A DNA stretch of 64,000 nt from Candidatus Falkowbacteria bacterium (GTDB taxonomy: Bacteria; Patescibacteriota; Patescibacteriia; XYB2-FULL-38-15): the NCBI GenBank assembly GCA_016214745.1, contig JACRNW010000016.1, positions 591 to 64,590 of the forward strand, read 5' to 3'. The position numbers and the translations under genes were made by a program. This document shows positions 47,872 through 57,454 of this stretch, one piece after another. How positions within the stretch are numbered: the first letter of the stretch is position 1; each line of letters opens with the position of its first letter. The notes beneath the pieces are model-generated. The model saw nothing but the letters and a program-made list of their open reading frames with translations, ran no database searches and had not been told where the DNA came from.

Positions 47872-49020
47872 TCACTTTTTAATCGGCATTACGATGTAGA
47901 GATAATCGCTGCCCTCAACTTTTGGCCTCAAGAGTGACGGGCTGTCGGCTGAAGTTAATTCCAGCGCCACTTCTTCTGATTCCATGGCTCCGAGCCCGTC
48001 CAAGAGATATCTATAATTTAAAGTAATTTCATTTTCTTTACCCTCAACTTCCGCTTCAAGTTTTACGGTGTTCTCACCAAATTGAGAATTGGCCGAAGAC
48101 AAAACCAATTCGCCAACTTTTTCTTTTCCCGGTTTAAAACCGAAGGTGACATCAAAAATTCCGGGCTTGGCGAAAAGACTCGCGGTTTTTACGACTTTAA
48201 TAAGTTCGTTTCGGTTAAAATTGGCGCGCGTCTCATAACTCGCCGGAATAATTTGTTTGTAATCGGGATATTGGCCGTCAATCACCCGCGAAACAAGATC
48301 CACACCGTTTAGGGAAAACATTATTTGATTTTCCGCGAGATATATTTTTACCAAATTCGGCGCTTCGGGATCTTCACTGTCGCGGAAAACGGAGAGAATT
48401 CTTAAAACTTCCTGCATGGTCCTGGCTGGCACAATCACGTCACGGGAATTGGCATTTTCTCCGGCGGAAAGTTCCAGGGTTTTTTCCGCCAAACGATAAC
48501 TGTCGGTCGCGGCCACCACTACTTTTTTCTTTTGGCCGTCAAAATGCATTAAAAGACCGCTGATTTCCGGCCTGATTTCGTTTGTGGAAGTCGCAAAAAC
48601 CACTTGATTCACGGCTTCGCGAAATTTTCCAATGTCTAAACTATAAGCCGCTTCCTTGGCCACTTCCGGAATCAAAGGAAACTCGCTTGTTGCGGCGCCC
48701 CGAATCCGCGTTTCATAATTTTTACACCTAATTTCCAGTGTTTGGTCCTGCAAACTTAAATCAATCTTGTCGTTCGGCAAGGAACTGACGTAGTCGGCAA
48801 AAAGTTTCGCCGGCAGCGTTATGGCGCCGTCCTCTTCTATTTTTCCCCTCACCTCGCACTTAATGCCAATTTCAAGATTTGTCGCGAGAAGCGTAATAAT
48901 CCCCCCATCAGCTTTAAACAAAACGTTGTTTAAAATGGGGAGATTAATGTTTTTACTCGCGATGTGGCTTGAAATTAAGAGACCGCGATTTAAGTTTTCC
49001 TGTGTACAGGATAGTTTCAT
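47872..49020 (-). CDS. dnaN: DNA polymerase III beta clamp
   Basis: LPILNNVL, ATNLE, ATDSYRLA, SRVIDGQYPDY, YIVMPI. Confidence 0.97.
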   Translation of the reverse strand: MKLSCTQENLNRGLLISSHIASKNINLPILNNVLFKADGGIITLLATNLEIGIKCEVRGKIEEDGAITLPAKLFADYVSSLPNDKIDLSLQDQTLEIRCKNYETRIRGAATSEFPLIPEVAKEAAYSLDIGKFREAVNQVVFATSTNEIRPEISGLLMHFDGQKKKVVVAATDSYRLAEKTLELSAGENANSRDVIVPARTMQEVLRILSVFRDSEDPEAPNLVKIYLAENQIMFSLNGVDLVSRVIDGQYPDYKQIIPASYETRANFNRNELIKVVKTASLFAKPGIFDVTFGFKPGKEKVGELVLSSANSQFGENTVKLEAEVEGKENEITLNYRYLLDGLGAMESEEVALELTSADSPSLLRPKVEGSDYLYIVMPIKK

Positions 49021-49268
49021 ATCAATACAATATTTTATTTTATATTTTTATATTTAATAGTAATAAGCGTTTTGATTTCTGTGGATTATTTTTCTAAAAC
49101 TTTTTTGTTTAAAGGAAATTTTGATGTTTTGGTCTGTGGAAAGTTTTTTTGATTTTGTGGACGAGTGGTGGGGAAAATTTTTCGGAAGAGTTTTTTTGAT
49201 TTTTTATTCCCACCTCGCCAAATTTTAGACACAGCTTTTTCCACAGGAGTTCGGGATAACTTTTGGTT
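49021..49268. other. probable replication origin oriC
   Basis: dnaA-dnaN intergenic; AT-rich stretch 49021-49060 and DnaA-box-like 9-mers at 49080, 49135, 49156, 49237. Confidence 0.7.
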
Positions 49269-50633
49269 TTAATTGTTGTATAGTCTTTGTTTTATTTGTT
49301 CTATTTCTTGTTTTAGCCGATCGCTTGTTTCAACTTCATGAGTAATTTTAAGAAAAGCGTGCATTGCCGTTGTATGATCGCGGCCGCCGAGCTCGTGACC
49401 AATGGCCGGGTAAGAACTTTCTAATTCTTTGCGCATCAAATACATTACGATCTGTCGGGGAAAAGCCAAACGCTTCTCGCGGCTTTGTCCCAAAAGTTCA
49501 TCAAGTTTCAAGTCGTAAAATGCCGCTACAGTATTGATTAATTGTTTTGGCGTGGCCGATTTTCTTCCGGAGGTAACGTGGCTTTCCAAAATTCTTTTTA
49601 CCAGCTCCAGAGAAATTGGAGTATGCTGAAACTGTTCGTAAGCAATAATTTTGTTTAAGGCGCCCTCAAGCTCGCGGATATTATTTTGAATGATAACGGC
49701 GATATGATTTACGATTTCTTGATCCAGTTCCAGCCCCTTTTCGGCGCATTTTGCTTTTAAAATAGCAATACGCGTTTCATAATCTGGTTGGGAAATATCG
49801 GCGATCATGCCCCATTCAAAGCGGGAAATCAATCGTTGTTCCAGCGCCGGAATCGCTTTTGGCGGCCGGTCTGAAGTCATGACGATTTGTTTGTCTGCCT
49901 GATGAAGATCATTAAAAGTATGAAAAAATTCTTGCTGCGTTCCGTCTTTCGCGGCCATAAATTGCACATCATCAATTAAGAGCAAGTCGGGCGAGCGGTA
50001 AGTTTGTTTAAATCTTTCAGTGGTTCTGGATCTGATGGCTTGGATATAATCATTGGTAAATTTTTCGCTTGTGGTGTAAAGAACTTTTTTATTTGGGTCA
50101 GCTTCCAAAATCGCGTGGCCTATCCCCTGCAGGAGATGGGTTTTGCCAAGTCCAACGCCGCCGTAAATAAAAAGCGGGTTGTAAGTGCTCTTGCCCGGAT
50201 TTTTCGCCACGGCTTGCGCGGCAGCATGAGCCAGTTCATTATTTTTCCCCACCACGAAACTTGGGAAAGTATATTTAGGATTAAGTCCAAATCTATTGGC
50301 GGGCGCTTCGGAGGCAACGGAAGGCGCTGCGGCACGAACCGCGGTCGCGGCAGCCGGCACATCGGTTTTGCCGATTTGCGGTTTAACCAGTTCTACTTTG
50401 TAAACAACTTCTTTAATGTGGCCGCCGATGATTTTTTGTAAAGTTTTTAAAATTGATTGGTGATATTTGTTTTCCAACCACGCTTTGGTAAAAGTATTGG
50501 GTACGCCCACAATCACTTTTTCTCCATCAACAAAAGAGACGGCCGTGTTTTTGAACCAAGTGGTGAAGTTCGCTTTGGTGAGGTTCAGTTCCAGTTCACC
50601 AAGAACTGCTTGCCAAAGTTGTTGGTTAGTCAT
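49269..50633 (-). CDS. dnaA: chromosomal replication initiator DnaA
   Basis: LNPKYTF..FVVG, YNPLFIYGGVGLGKTHL, LLIDDVQF, GGRDHTT. Confidence 0.98.
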   Translation of the reverse strand: MTNQQLWQAVLGELELNLTKANFTTWFKNTAVSFVDGEKVIVGVPNTFTKAWLENKYHQSILKTLQKIIGGHIKEVVYKVELVKPQIGKTDVPAAATAVRAAAPSVASEAPANRFGLNPKYTFPSFVVGKNNELAHAAAQAVAKNPGKSTYNPLFIYGGVGLGKTHLLQGIGHAILEADPNKKVLYTTSEKFTNDYIQAIRSRTTERFKQTYRSPDLLLIDDVQFMAAKDGTQQEFFHTFNDLHQADKQIVMTSDRPPKAIPALEQRLISRFEWGMIADISQPDYETRIAILKAKCAEKGLELDQEIVNHIAVIIQNNIRELEGALNKIIAYEQFQHTPISLELVKRILESHVTSGRKSATPKQLINTVAAFYDLKLDELLGQSREKRLAFPRQIVMYLMRKELESSYPAIGHELGGRDHTTAMHAFLKITHEVETSDRLKQEIEQIKQRLYNN

Positions 50634-50869
50634 AAGGAGAAGATTTATTGCCGAGGATAGCGAGCGGAAAAGCGTTTACGCTTTTTCCGAGCGACACAGG
50701 CAACACGGGGGTGAAGGCCCCGTATGATCGGAAGGCGTCTCTTCTAATAATATATCACAGAAAAAGAAGTGCTAAAATAGGTGTAAAGAGGTCAAAAGTG
50801 AATAAGGTGTTGATGAATTGGGGAAAACTATTTTAAAAATTATTACGCAAAAATTAAATTATAAATTTT

Positions 50870-51124
50870 TTACTTTAAAGGGTCAAAACCTCCTTTAGAA
50901 AACGGGTTACATCGCAAAACTCGCCAAATAGCTTTCGCTCCCCCGCGGAAAACCCCATATTTTTCTATGGCCGCGTATCCATAATCAGAGCAAGTCGGAT
51001 GAAAGCGGCAAAAACCATCCGGAAAGAGGAAAGAAAAAAATCCGTGGTCAAAAGAAAGGGTTTTTTGGTAAATTTTAATGACCTTCAAAACAGTTTTTCT
51101 GGCCGCGAAGGTGAGTGTAGTCAT
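50870..51124 (-). CDS. yidD: membrane protein insertion efficiency factor YidD
   Basis: [13 protein letters not shown]...[21 protein letters not shown]. Confidence 0.93.
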   Translation of the reverse strand: MTTLTFAARKTVLKVIKIYQKTLSFDHGFFSFLFPDGFCRFHPTCSDYGYAAIEKYGVFRGGAKAIWRVLRCNPFSKGGFDPLK

Positions 51125-51474
51125 TTTTTTGTCGGGTTAATCAGACCAAAGTGTTTCAGGCCAGAAATGACGTCATTTTTCAGTTCCTCGTACTTTTTTC
51201 CCGAGGCAAAAGGCAAAGCTGAGATTACAAGGTCGTATCCTGGAGCAATTTGGATGATTTTTTCCTGGATTACTTCCCGGATTTGTCTTTTTATCCGGTT
51301 TCGTACCGTGGCAAGCTTTGAAACTTTAGTCCCGACCACAATGCCAAAGCGGGAAACAGCCCGGCTGTTTTCTAAAATCTTAAAACCGAGAATTTTTGTA
51401 TAGAAAGACCGTCCCCTTTTCCAGATTTTTTGAAAATCTTTGTCAGATAGCAGGCGATGGGGTTTGGATAACAT
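51121..51474 (-). CDS. rnpA: ribonuclease P protein component
   Basis: RL....[26 protein letters not shown]. Confidence 0.93.
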   Translation of the reverse strand: MLSKPHRLLSDKDFQKIWKRGRSFYTKILGFKILENSRAVSRFGIVVGTKVSKLATVRNRIKRQIREVIQEKIIQIAPGYDLVISALPFASGKKYEELKNDVISGLKHFGLINPTKK

Positions 51475-51487
51475 GTTTTTGGTCTTT

Positions 51488-51628
51488 TTAGACGGTTAAT
51501 CTTTTTCTTCCCTTAGCCATTCTTCTTTTCAGGGTGTTGCGGCCGCCGGGAGTGGACATCCGGCGCAAAAAACCGTGCACTTTTTTGCGGCGAAGTTTTT
51601 TGGGCTGATAAGTTCTTTTTGTTGCCAT
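51488..51628 (-). CDS. rpmH: 50S ribosomal protein L34 (not in ORF track, 46 aa)
   Basis: Manual translation [46 protein letters not shown]. Confidence 0.95.
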   Translation of the reverse strand: MATKRTYQPKKLRRKKVHGFLRRMSTPGGRNTLKRRMAKGRKRLTV

Positions 51629-51649
51629 AAAATTTTTACAAATTATTAA

Positions 51650-51757
51650 CTACAAATTACAAATCATTTACAAATATACAAATAACGGGGAAAGAGTTTC
51701 GCTAGATTAACGTGTTGGCAAGGATTTGTATATTTGTACCGAATTTGTAATTTGTAG
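51650..51757. repeat. TACAAAT-heptamer palindromic element, copy 2
   Basis: Arms match 16324-16432 in reverse orientation; different spacer. Confidence 0.8.
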
Positions 51758-51768
51758 TATTGTAATAA

Positions 51769-52269
51769 TTAAATTCTTTCTAAAATTTTTAATTCCAATT
51801 TGTCGGTTTCGGTGTCGTAGACCGCAAAAGTCGCTTTATAAAACATTCCCGCTAAAGTTCCCGGATTTACAAGCCGCGTCTGGCCAATTTTTTCTTCCCA
51901 GGGTTTGTGCGTATGGCCGTAAAAGACTAAATCAAACGTGCCTTTTTTGGCTAATTCTTGCGCTTTTTCCGGAAAATGAGTAAAAGCGATTTTCTTTCCG
52001 TCCACTTCAATTTTTCCTATCTCGCCGTGGATTTTAACATTCGGAAAATTTTTCGCGACTTTCTCTAAAAGTTCTGGATCGCCGACATTTCCATGGACAA
52101 AATGGAACTCACCGGAAAATTTCGGCATTATGACCTGGGACAAAACAGACGGAGCCGCCAGATCGCCGCAATGAATGATAAATTTAATGTTTTCCCGGCT
52201 AATCCAGTCCAGCGCTTTTTCTATGTTGGGCAGATTGTCGTGGCTGTCGGATAAAATTGCGATGCGCAT
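51769..52269 (-). CDS. YfcE/MJ0936-family metallophosphoesterase
   Basis: SDSHDN, IHCGD, HGNVG, THF, GHTH, NPG. Confidence 0.9.
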   Translation of the reverse strand: MRIAILSDSHDNLPNIEKALDWISRENIKFIIHCGDLAAPSVLSQVIMPKFSGEFHFVHGNVGDPELLEKVAKNFPNVKIHGEIGKIEVDGKKIAFTHFPEKAQELAKKGTFDLVFYGHTHKPWEEKIGQTRLVNPGTLAGMFYKATFAVYDTETDKLELKILERI

Positions 52270-53549
52270 TACTTTATCGCCAAATTTTTAAGAAGTTGAA
52301 CTGCTTTTCGATTTTTGATGATGTTTGATAAGTATTGTTTTGACTCTTCGGAGCGGACGCGTTCTAAAAGATCAGGCTCGTTTTTGTAGGCCTCGGTGAG
52401 TTTCATCACTTCTTCTTCAATTTCCGCCGCCGTGGCTTCAATTTTTTCCGCCGACGCGATTTCTTTTATGGCTAACGCGGTTTTTATCCGCTCCACGGCC
52501 CGCGGCGCGAGATCTAACATTAACTGGGCTTCCGTTTTTTTGATATTTTTCAAATAATCTTCAAAATTTACGCCGCGTTCAGCCAAAGATTCCTCAAGTT
52601 CGTGGACCATTTTATGGGCTTCGGAGTTTACGAGCGAGTCAGGAATATCTTCAATCCGAGAATCGGCCACAACCTGCTTTAAAGTTTCTTCTTCCAGGCG
52701 CGCTTCTTCCTGATTTTCCATTTCAGCGAGCAAATTGCGCCGGATCAAAATTTTAAGAGCATCAAGCGTCTCTTGGCCCAAGGTTTTCGCAAAATTATCG
52801 TCTAAAGCCGGGGGTTGGAGCTCAAAAACTGAAGTAACTTTTACTTTGAAATCAACGGTTTTTCCGGCGATATTTTTTTGATAATGTTCTTTTGGGAAAG
52901 GCAGGGAAAATTCCTTGTGTTCGCCAGCCGAAAGACCGAGAAGTTGGTCGGTTAAGCCGGGAACGTAGTAGGCTTCGCTCATAAAAACCGCGTGATTTTT
53001 GGCTTGACCGCCCTCAAGCGGTACTTTATCCAAAAACATATCCATATCAATTACCATTTTATCGGTTTTTCCCGCCGGACGGTTGGCTAAAATCTCTTTG
53101 GTTTGCATTTTTTGGATTTCGCGCAGGGCCGCGTCAACTTTTTCTTCAGCAACCTCGTTTTTTTTGCGAGAAATCTTGATTTTGTGATAATCGCCCAATT
53201 TTATTTTGGGGACAAGCGCAACTTTTGCCTTATAAATCAAAGGATTTCCCGGAGCCAGTTTTACGATGGAGATTTCTGGCGAGCCGAGAGTTTCCAAATG
53301 TTCATCTTTTATGACTTTTGGATAAGTTTTTTCCACAGCGAGCTCAGCGGCTTTTTCATAAATTGTCATTTCGCCGACATGTTTTGCCAAAACATCAAAA
53401 GGAACTTTTTCCGGACGGAAACCGTCAATTTTTGTTTCAAGAGCAAGCATGGCTGCCGCTTTGTCTAAAAAATTTTTTAATTCTTCGGCCGGAATTTCAA
53501 TTTCCAATTCCAGCGTATTCTTTTGCGCGGTTTTAGAATTTATTTGCAT
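52269..53549 (-). CDS. tig: trigger factor
   Basis: IDGFRP.KVP signature, FKBP-like domain, FP..Y....AGK...FKV. Confidence 0.93.
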   Translation of the reverse strand: MQINSKTAQKNTLELEIEIPAEELKNFLDKAAAMLALETKIDGFRPEKVPFDVLAKHVGEMTIYEKAAELAVEKTYPKVIKDEHLETLGSPEISIVKLAPGNPLIYKAKVALVPKIKLGDYHKIKISRKKNEVAEEKVDAALREIQKMQTKEILANRPAGKTDKMVIDMDMFLDKVPLEGGQAKNHAVFMSEAYYVPGLTDQLLGLSAGEHKEFSLPFPKEHYQKNIAGKTVDFKVKVTSVFELQPPALDDNFAKTLGQETLDALKILIRRNLLAEMENQEEARLEEETLKQVVADSRIEDIPDSLVNSEAHKMVHELEESLAERGVNFEDYLKNIKKTEAQLMLDLAPRAVERIKTALAIKEIASAEKIEATAAEIEEEVMKLTEAYKNEPDLLERVRSEESKQYLSNIIKNRKAVQLLKNLAIK

Positions 53550-53949
53550 TGTTGTTTTAGAAAATTAGATTAGGTTTTCTTTGGTAAGTTTAAAGAAAAT
53601 TCATTTTTTTGTCAACGGCAAAAGAGGAAATCCACAAAATATCCACAGGGGGGCTAATCCTCGAATAAACCCCAGCACCAAAGCCCGGAGATGGGCGGAT
53701 ATTAATCAATATATAAATCACGGAAACGCCTGCGGCTTTCTTTTACTAAAATTGTTTGTTTGGAGAAAGGCTTGGTGCGGGGTTACCGCGCCCGACTTCG
53801 CCTTGACACGTAATTTGTGAGTAATTATGGATAGTTCTTTAAAGAAACTAATAAACAATTTTATTGGAAAAATGGCGAAGTCAAGGCGGGCGGGTTAACT
53901 GCCAAAAAATTTTCCGTGGCAAGGCCTTGAAAATTTTTGGCCAGTTAAT

Positions 53950-53982
53950 AAAAAAAGCCTCACGATGTGTAGTCGTGGGGCG
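53950..53982 (-). terminator. intrinsic terminator of GC-rich cassette
   Basis: GCCCCACGAC-loop-ATCGTGAGGC followed by T7 on minus strand. Confidence 0.7.
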
Positions 53983-53986
53983 TGGT

Positions 53987-54247
53987 TTAGAAGGAGAGCG
54001 GCTTGCCGCACAGCAGACATTGGCCGGGGTCTGTTCCTCCCGTCGGGTTTCCGAAGCCGCAGTGGGGGCACCTCACGCGGTTCGGCATCTCGGGAGCGTC
54101 TGAGGCGAACAGAAAGTCCACTTCCAGAGATTCTCCCTCAACTTCTCCTTCCGACGGCAGAGAAGTGTCGGGATTGCCGTGGAGAAGCCATGCGCTGATC
54201 GTGGCTTCGTCGGCCGGACAGGGTCTTCTGATTTCCCTTGTGCTCAT
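53987..54247 (-). CDS. small GC-rich protein with C-terminal zinc ribbon (CPHC...CLLC)
   Basis: SD GAGGAG before ATG 54247 (MSTREIRR...). Confidence 0.65.
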   Translation of the reverse strand: MSTREIRRPCPADEATISAWLLHGNPDTSLPSEGEVEGESLEVDFLFASDAPEMPNRVRCPHCGFGNPTGGTDPGQCLLCGKPLSF

Positions 54248-54254
54248 GGTCTCC

Positions 54255-54491
54255 TCACTTCCCGACCCGTTCGCGAAACCACAGGCAGAGGGCGTAGAAG
54301 CTCTGCTCGGCTTCGTCGCCCAAAATGGCCCCGAGCGGCAAAGGCCGCCGGCCGCGTTCCGCGACGACGGTTTGGCCAAACGCTCCGCAGCGTTCACGGA
54401 ATTCAATATCCAGTTCCGTTGCCCCGATAAAAAAGTTGGCACGGCGTTGCATTTCGCCGATTTGGCCGATTGCTTCTTCTAGTTCCACCAT
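54255..54491 (-). CDS. small GC-rich hypothetical protein
   Basis: SD GGAGGAG; upstream promoter TTGACA-17-TATTCT at about 54558-54586. Confidence 0.6.
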   Translation of the reverse strand: MVELEEAIGQIGEMQRRANFFIGATELDIEFRERCGAFGQTVVAERGRRPLPLGAILGDEAEQSFYALCLWFRERVGK

Positions 54492-54648
54492 CTCTCCTCC
54501 CTCCTTTTTCCGTTTTTGGTACGGCGATTTCCCTTCGTTGGTTTTTATTTATAATGTAGAATACATGTTTTTAAATTTTTTGTCAAGATTGAAATAAAAA
54601 AAGGCCGTTTTGGCCGTTTTTGAAATATAAATTTTTGAAGCAAGGGTT

Positions 54649-54963
54649 TTAGTGGGTATCTTCTTTTGATCTTTCCAAAATTAGTTTGGCTTCTTCTTTA
54701 GCGCAAGCTTCCTCTTCTTTTGAGATTTTTTTCATTTCTTCCTCTGTCAAAATTTTAGAACCCTCAACAATTTCTGTTAAGAAGTCCGTGTAAGCCGACC
54801 ACGAATCAAACAATTCCTCTTCATGACCAGGTTTTCTTTGGCCAAGGGATAAAAGAGCTTGTTTCAAATGATAATCTCTTGCCAAATTTCTAAGAGTTCT
54901 TTCAGCTTTTTGTTTTTCTGCTTCCAACTCAGATTCGCGGCGCGCGGATGTTTCTCTCGCCAT
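54649..54963 (-). CDS. hypothetical helical protein
   Basis: 104-aa charged ORF co-oriented after clpP. Confidence 0.6.
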   Translation of the reverse strand: MARETSARRESELEAEKQKAERTLRNLARDYHLKQALLSLGQRKPGHEEELFDSWSAYTDFLTEIVEGSKILTEEEMKKISKEEEACAKEEAKLILERSKEDTH

Positions 54964-54974
54964 AAATTTTAAGA

Positions 54975-55583
54975 CTATTTTTTTATAATTTTATCAACAA
55001 TTCCATACTTCAACGCCTCATCCGCGGTCATAAAGTAGTCGCGGTCCGTGTCTTTTTCAATTTTTTCTCGTGCCTGGCCGGTGTGTTTAGATAAAATTTC
55101 ATTCAGGCGATCTCTAATTCGCAAAATTCTTTCCGCTCGAATTTTAATATCAATCGCTTGGCCTTCGGCGCCGCCCATAACTTGATGAATCAAAATTTCC
55201 GAATTTGGCAGGGCAAATCTTTTACCCTTTGCTCCCGCGGCGAGTAAGGTGGCCGACATACTCGCGGCCAAACCGACGCAAATTGTGGAAACATCGGGCT
55301 TGATGTATTGAATTGTATCGTAAATCGCGAGTCCAGCCGTGACTGATCCGCCGGGGCTATTGATGTACAACTTAATATCTTTTTCTTTGTCTTGGCTTTC
55401 CAAAAATAAAAGCTGGGCGATGATTGTGTTTGCCACGCCGTCGTCCACCGTGTCGCCCAAAAAGACGATCCGGTCTTTCAAAAGTCTTGAATAAATATCA
55501 TAAGCCCGTTCGCCGTAAGTTGATTTTTCAATTACGGTCGGGATAAGATGCTGGTAATTTATTTCGTTATTTTTTGTCGTCAT
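54975..55583 (-). CDS. clpP: ATP-dependent Clp protease proteolytic subunit
   Basis: [32 protein letters not shown]. Confidence 0.97.
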   Translation of the reverse strand: MTTKNNEINYQHLIPTVIEKSTYGERAYDIYSRLLKDRIVFLGDTVDDGVANTIIAQLLFLESQDKEKDIKLYINSPGGSVTAGLAIYDTIQYIKPDVSTICVGLAASMSATLLAAGAKGKRFALPNSEILIHQVMGGAEGQAIDIKIRAERILRIRDRLNEILSKHTGQAREKIEKDTDRDYFMTADEALKYGIVDKIIKK

Positions 55584-55611
55584 ATTTTATTATTTTAATT
55601 TTTAATTTTAT

Positions 55612-55998
55612 TTAGGCCGCTTCTTTCTGCTCTCTTGGTTTGGCCGGTTTTAATCCCTTGCGGTGACCGCGTTGCCAGCCGCGCGCAGCTCGTCTGCTCT
55701 TCTTGCCGCTTGGTCGATTTGTTTCAGCCATAACTACATCTTCCCGCGCAGTTTTTTTATCCAGAGTTTCAGTAATTTGTTCGGTCGTCCAGTCTTCTGG
55801 CGGCGGAACGCCGAGCGCCCCTTCATATTTAGCCGCCGACTCTTTGTGCAGCCGCTCCAAATCTTCCCGCTCTTGCTTTTCTTCTTCCCACCAGTCAGAT
55901 GTTTTTAATTTAGCTTCTTTCTTGCGTTTTTTATCAATTTGTTCTATCGTTCTGCTCTCTTCTCTAAAGATTCCCGGGCCAAAAATTTCTCGCGCCAT
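55612..55998 (-). CDS. hypothetical charged protein
   Basis: 128-aa ORF, K/R/E-rich, within a minus-strand run. Confidence 0.6.
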   Translation of the reverse strand: MAREIFGPGIFREESRTIEQIDKKRKKEAKLKTSDWWEEEKQEREDLERLHKESAAKYEGALGVPPPEDWTTEQITETLDKKTAREDVVMAETNRPSGKKSRRAARGWQRGHRKGLKPAKPREQKEAA

Positions 55999-56072
55999 AT
56001 ATTTGGTAGTTAATGGTTAATAGTTCACAGTTCACAGAAGTTTTTGTCCATGAACTCTGAACTATGAACTAT

Positions 56073-57038
56073 TTACTCTATTCTCCATCCGCCATCTATT
56101 TTAACTAATTTTCCCGGAATGGTAAACCCGGCCGCTTTGGCGTGCCCACCACCACCGAAAGTTTTGGCGAGACGGGAAACATCAATCCCCTCAGTTGTGG
56201 TTCGGAAACTTCCTTTTATTTTTCCGTCTTCCAGGGCCTTTAGAACCAAAACCATTTTTGCCCCTTTCAGATTATTCAAAAAATTCGTCACGCCATCAAG
56301 CGCTTCTTCATCCAAGTTGGCTAATTCCAAATCTTCTTTCGTAATTATGGTCGTGACAACGCCCAATTCTTTATTCTCGGTCAGCCGCGACAAAATTGTT
56401 CCCCAAAATTTTAAAACATCCAGAGATTTGTTTTTTAAAACGTTAGTTGAGATCTCATTTAATTTTGCGCCGCGCGAAAGAAGTTTTCCGGCGGCTTCAA
56501 GCGAAGCAAAAGTTGTCGCGGGATTGCTGAAATTCGCCGTGTCGGTAATTAAGCCGGTAAGAAGTAAGGTGGCGGCGTTTTTACTCACCGGAAAATTAAG
56601 TTCTTCAAAAAGAGTAAAAACAATTTCCGCGGTGGAAGATGATTCCGGATTAACAATATTTATCGCGCCAAAGTTTTCGTTAGTTTGATGATGGTCAATG
56701 TTTAAAATTGAGGTGCTAGGCGGGAGAGCGCGAAGTTCCGCTTCAATCCCCGTCTGTTTCAGGTCACCGCAATCCAAGATGGCGATTAAATCAAAGTCAG
56801 CAAGATTAATTTCTCCAAAATTACTTTTAACTTTAGTTCTTCCGGGCAAAAAATCAGCGGTGGAAGAAATCGGGCCAAGGGCAAAAAAAGTATTGGCCTT
56901 GCCGAGCGTGTCCAGGAATTCCGAAAAAGCCAAGCCGGAACCAAGCGCGTCGCCGTCGGGTTTTTGGTGGGTTAAAACCAGAATTTTTTTTGCAGCTAAA
57001 ATTAGCTGTTCTAATTTGTTAATTAATATTTGATTCAT
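56073..57038 (-). CDS. nrnA: DHH/DHHA1 phosphoesterase (NrnA-like)
   Basis: H..PDGDALGS, IDHH, TDT.NF, GGGGHAKAAG. Confidence 0.88.
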   Translation of the reverse strand: MNQILINKLEQLILAAKKILVLTHQKPDGDALGSGLAFSEFLDTLGKANTFFALGPISSTADFLPGRTKVKSNFGEINLADFDLIAILDCGDLKQTGIEAELRALPPSTSILNIDHHQTNENFGAINIVNPESSSTAEIVFTLFEELNFPVSKNAATLLLTGLITDTANFSNPATTFASLEAAGKLLSRGAKLNEISTNVLKNKSLDVLKFWGTILSRLTENKELGVVTTIITKEDLELANLDEEALDGVTNFLNNLKGAKMVLVLKALEDGKIKGSFRTTTEGIDVSRLAKTFGGGGHAKAAGFTIPGKLVKIDGGWRIE

Positions 57039-57372
57039 CTTCTTTGACTTGGTTAATCAAATTTTCCACCACTTCGGCCTTTTTCTCCGTGATGTCTATT
57101 TTAAAGGTAATTTTTGGGACAAACTTTGTCGCCATCTTTCTGAATAGGTTTTTTTGAAATTCGCGGACGGCGCGGCCGGCGATTGTAAGGCATGTTCCTG
57201 TAAATTTTTCCGGCAAAACCGAAAGCCAGACCGTGGCGTATTTCAGGTCGTCCGAGACTTTGGCCCGGGTGATGGTGACAAGGCATCCGAGAGGAAACTC
57301 CACTTCCCGGCTGAAAAACACGCCCAGTTCCCGGATAATCAGTTCTTCAAATTGTTCGGTGCGTAAAGACAT
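57019..57372 (-). CDS. rbfA: ribosome-binding factor A
   Basis: VTITRAKVSDDLKYATVW.S, VPKITF..D. Confidence 0.85.
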   Translation of the reverse strand: MSLRTEQFEELIIRELGVFFSREVEFPLGCLVTITRAKVSDDLKYATVWLSVLPEKFTGTCLTIAGRAVREFQKNLFRKMATKFVPKITFKIDITEKKAEVVENLINQVKEDESNIN

Positions 57373-57454
57373 ATAAGATAATTTATGAATAACCTATCTT
57401 AATACTATCACGAAATCTTGTCAAAGATATACTTAAATTGTAGAATATATCAAT

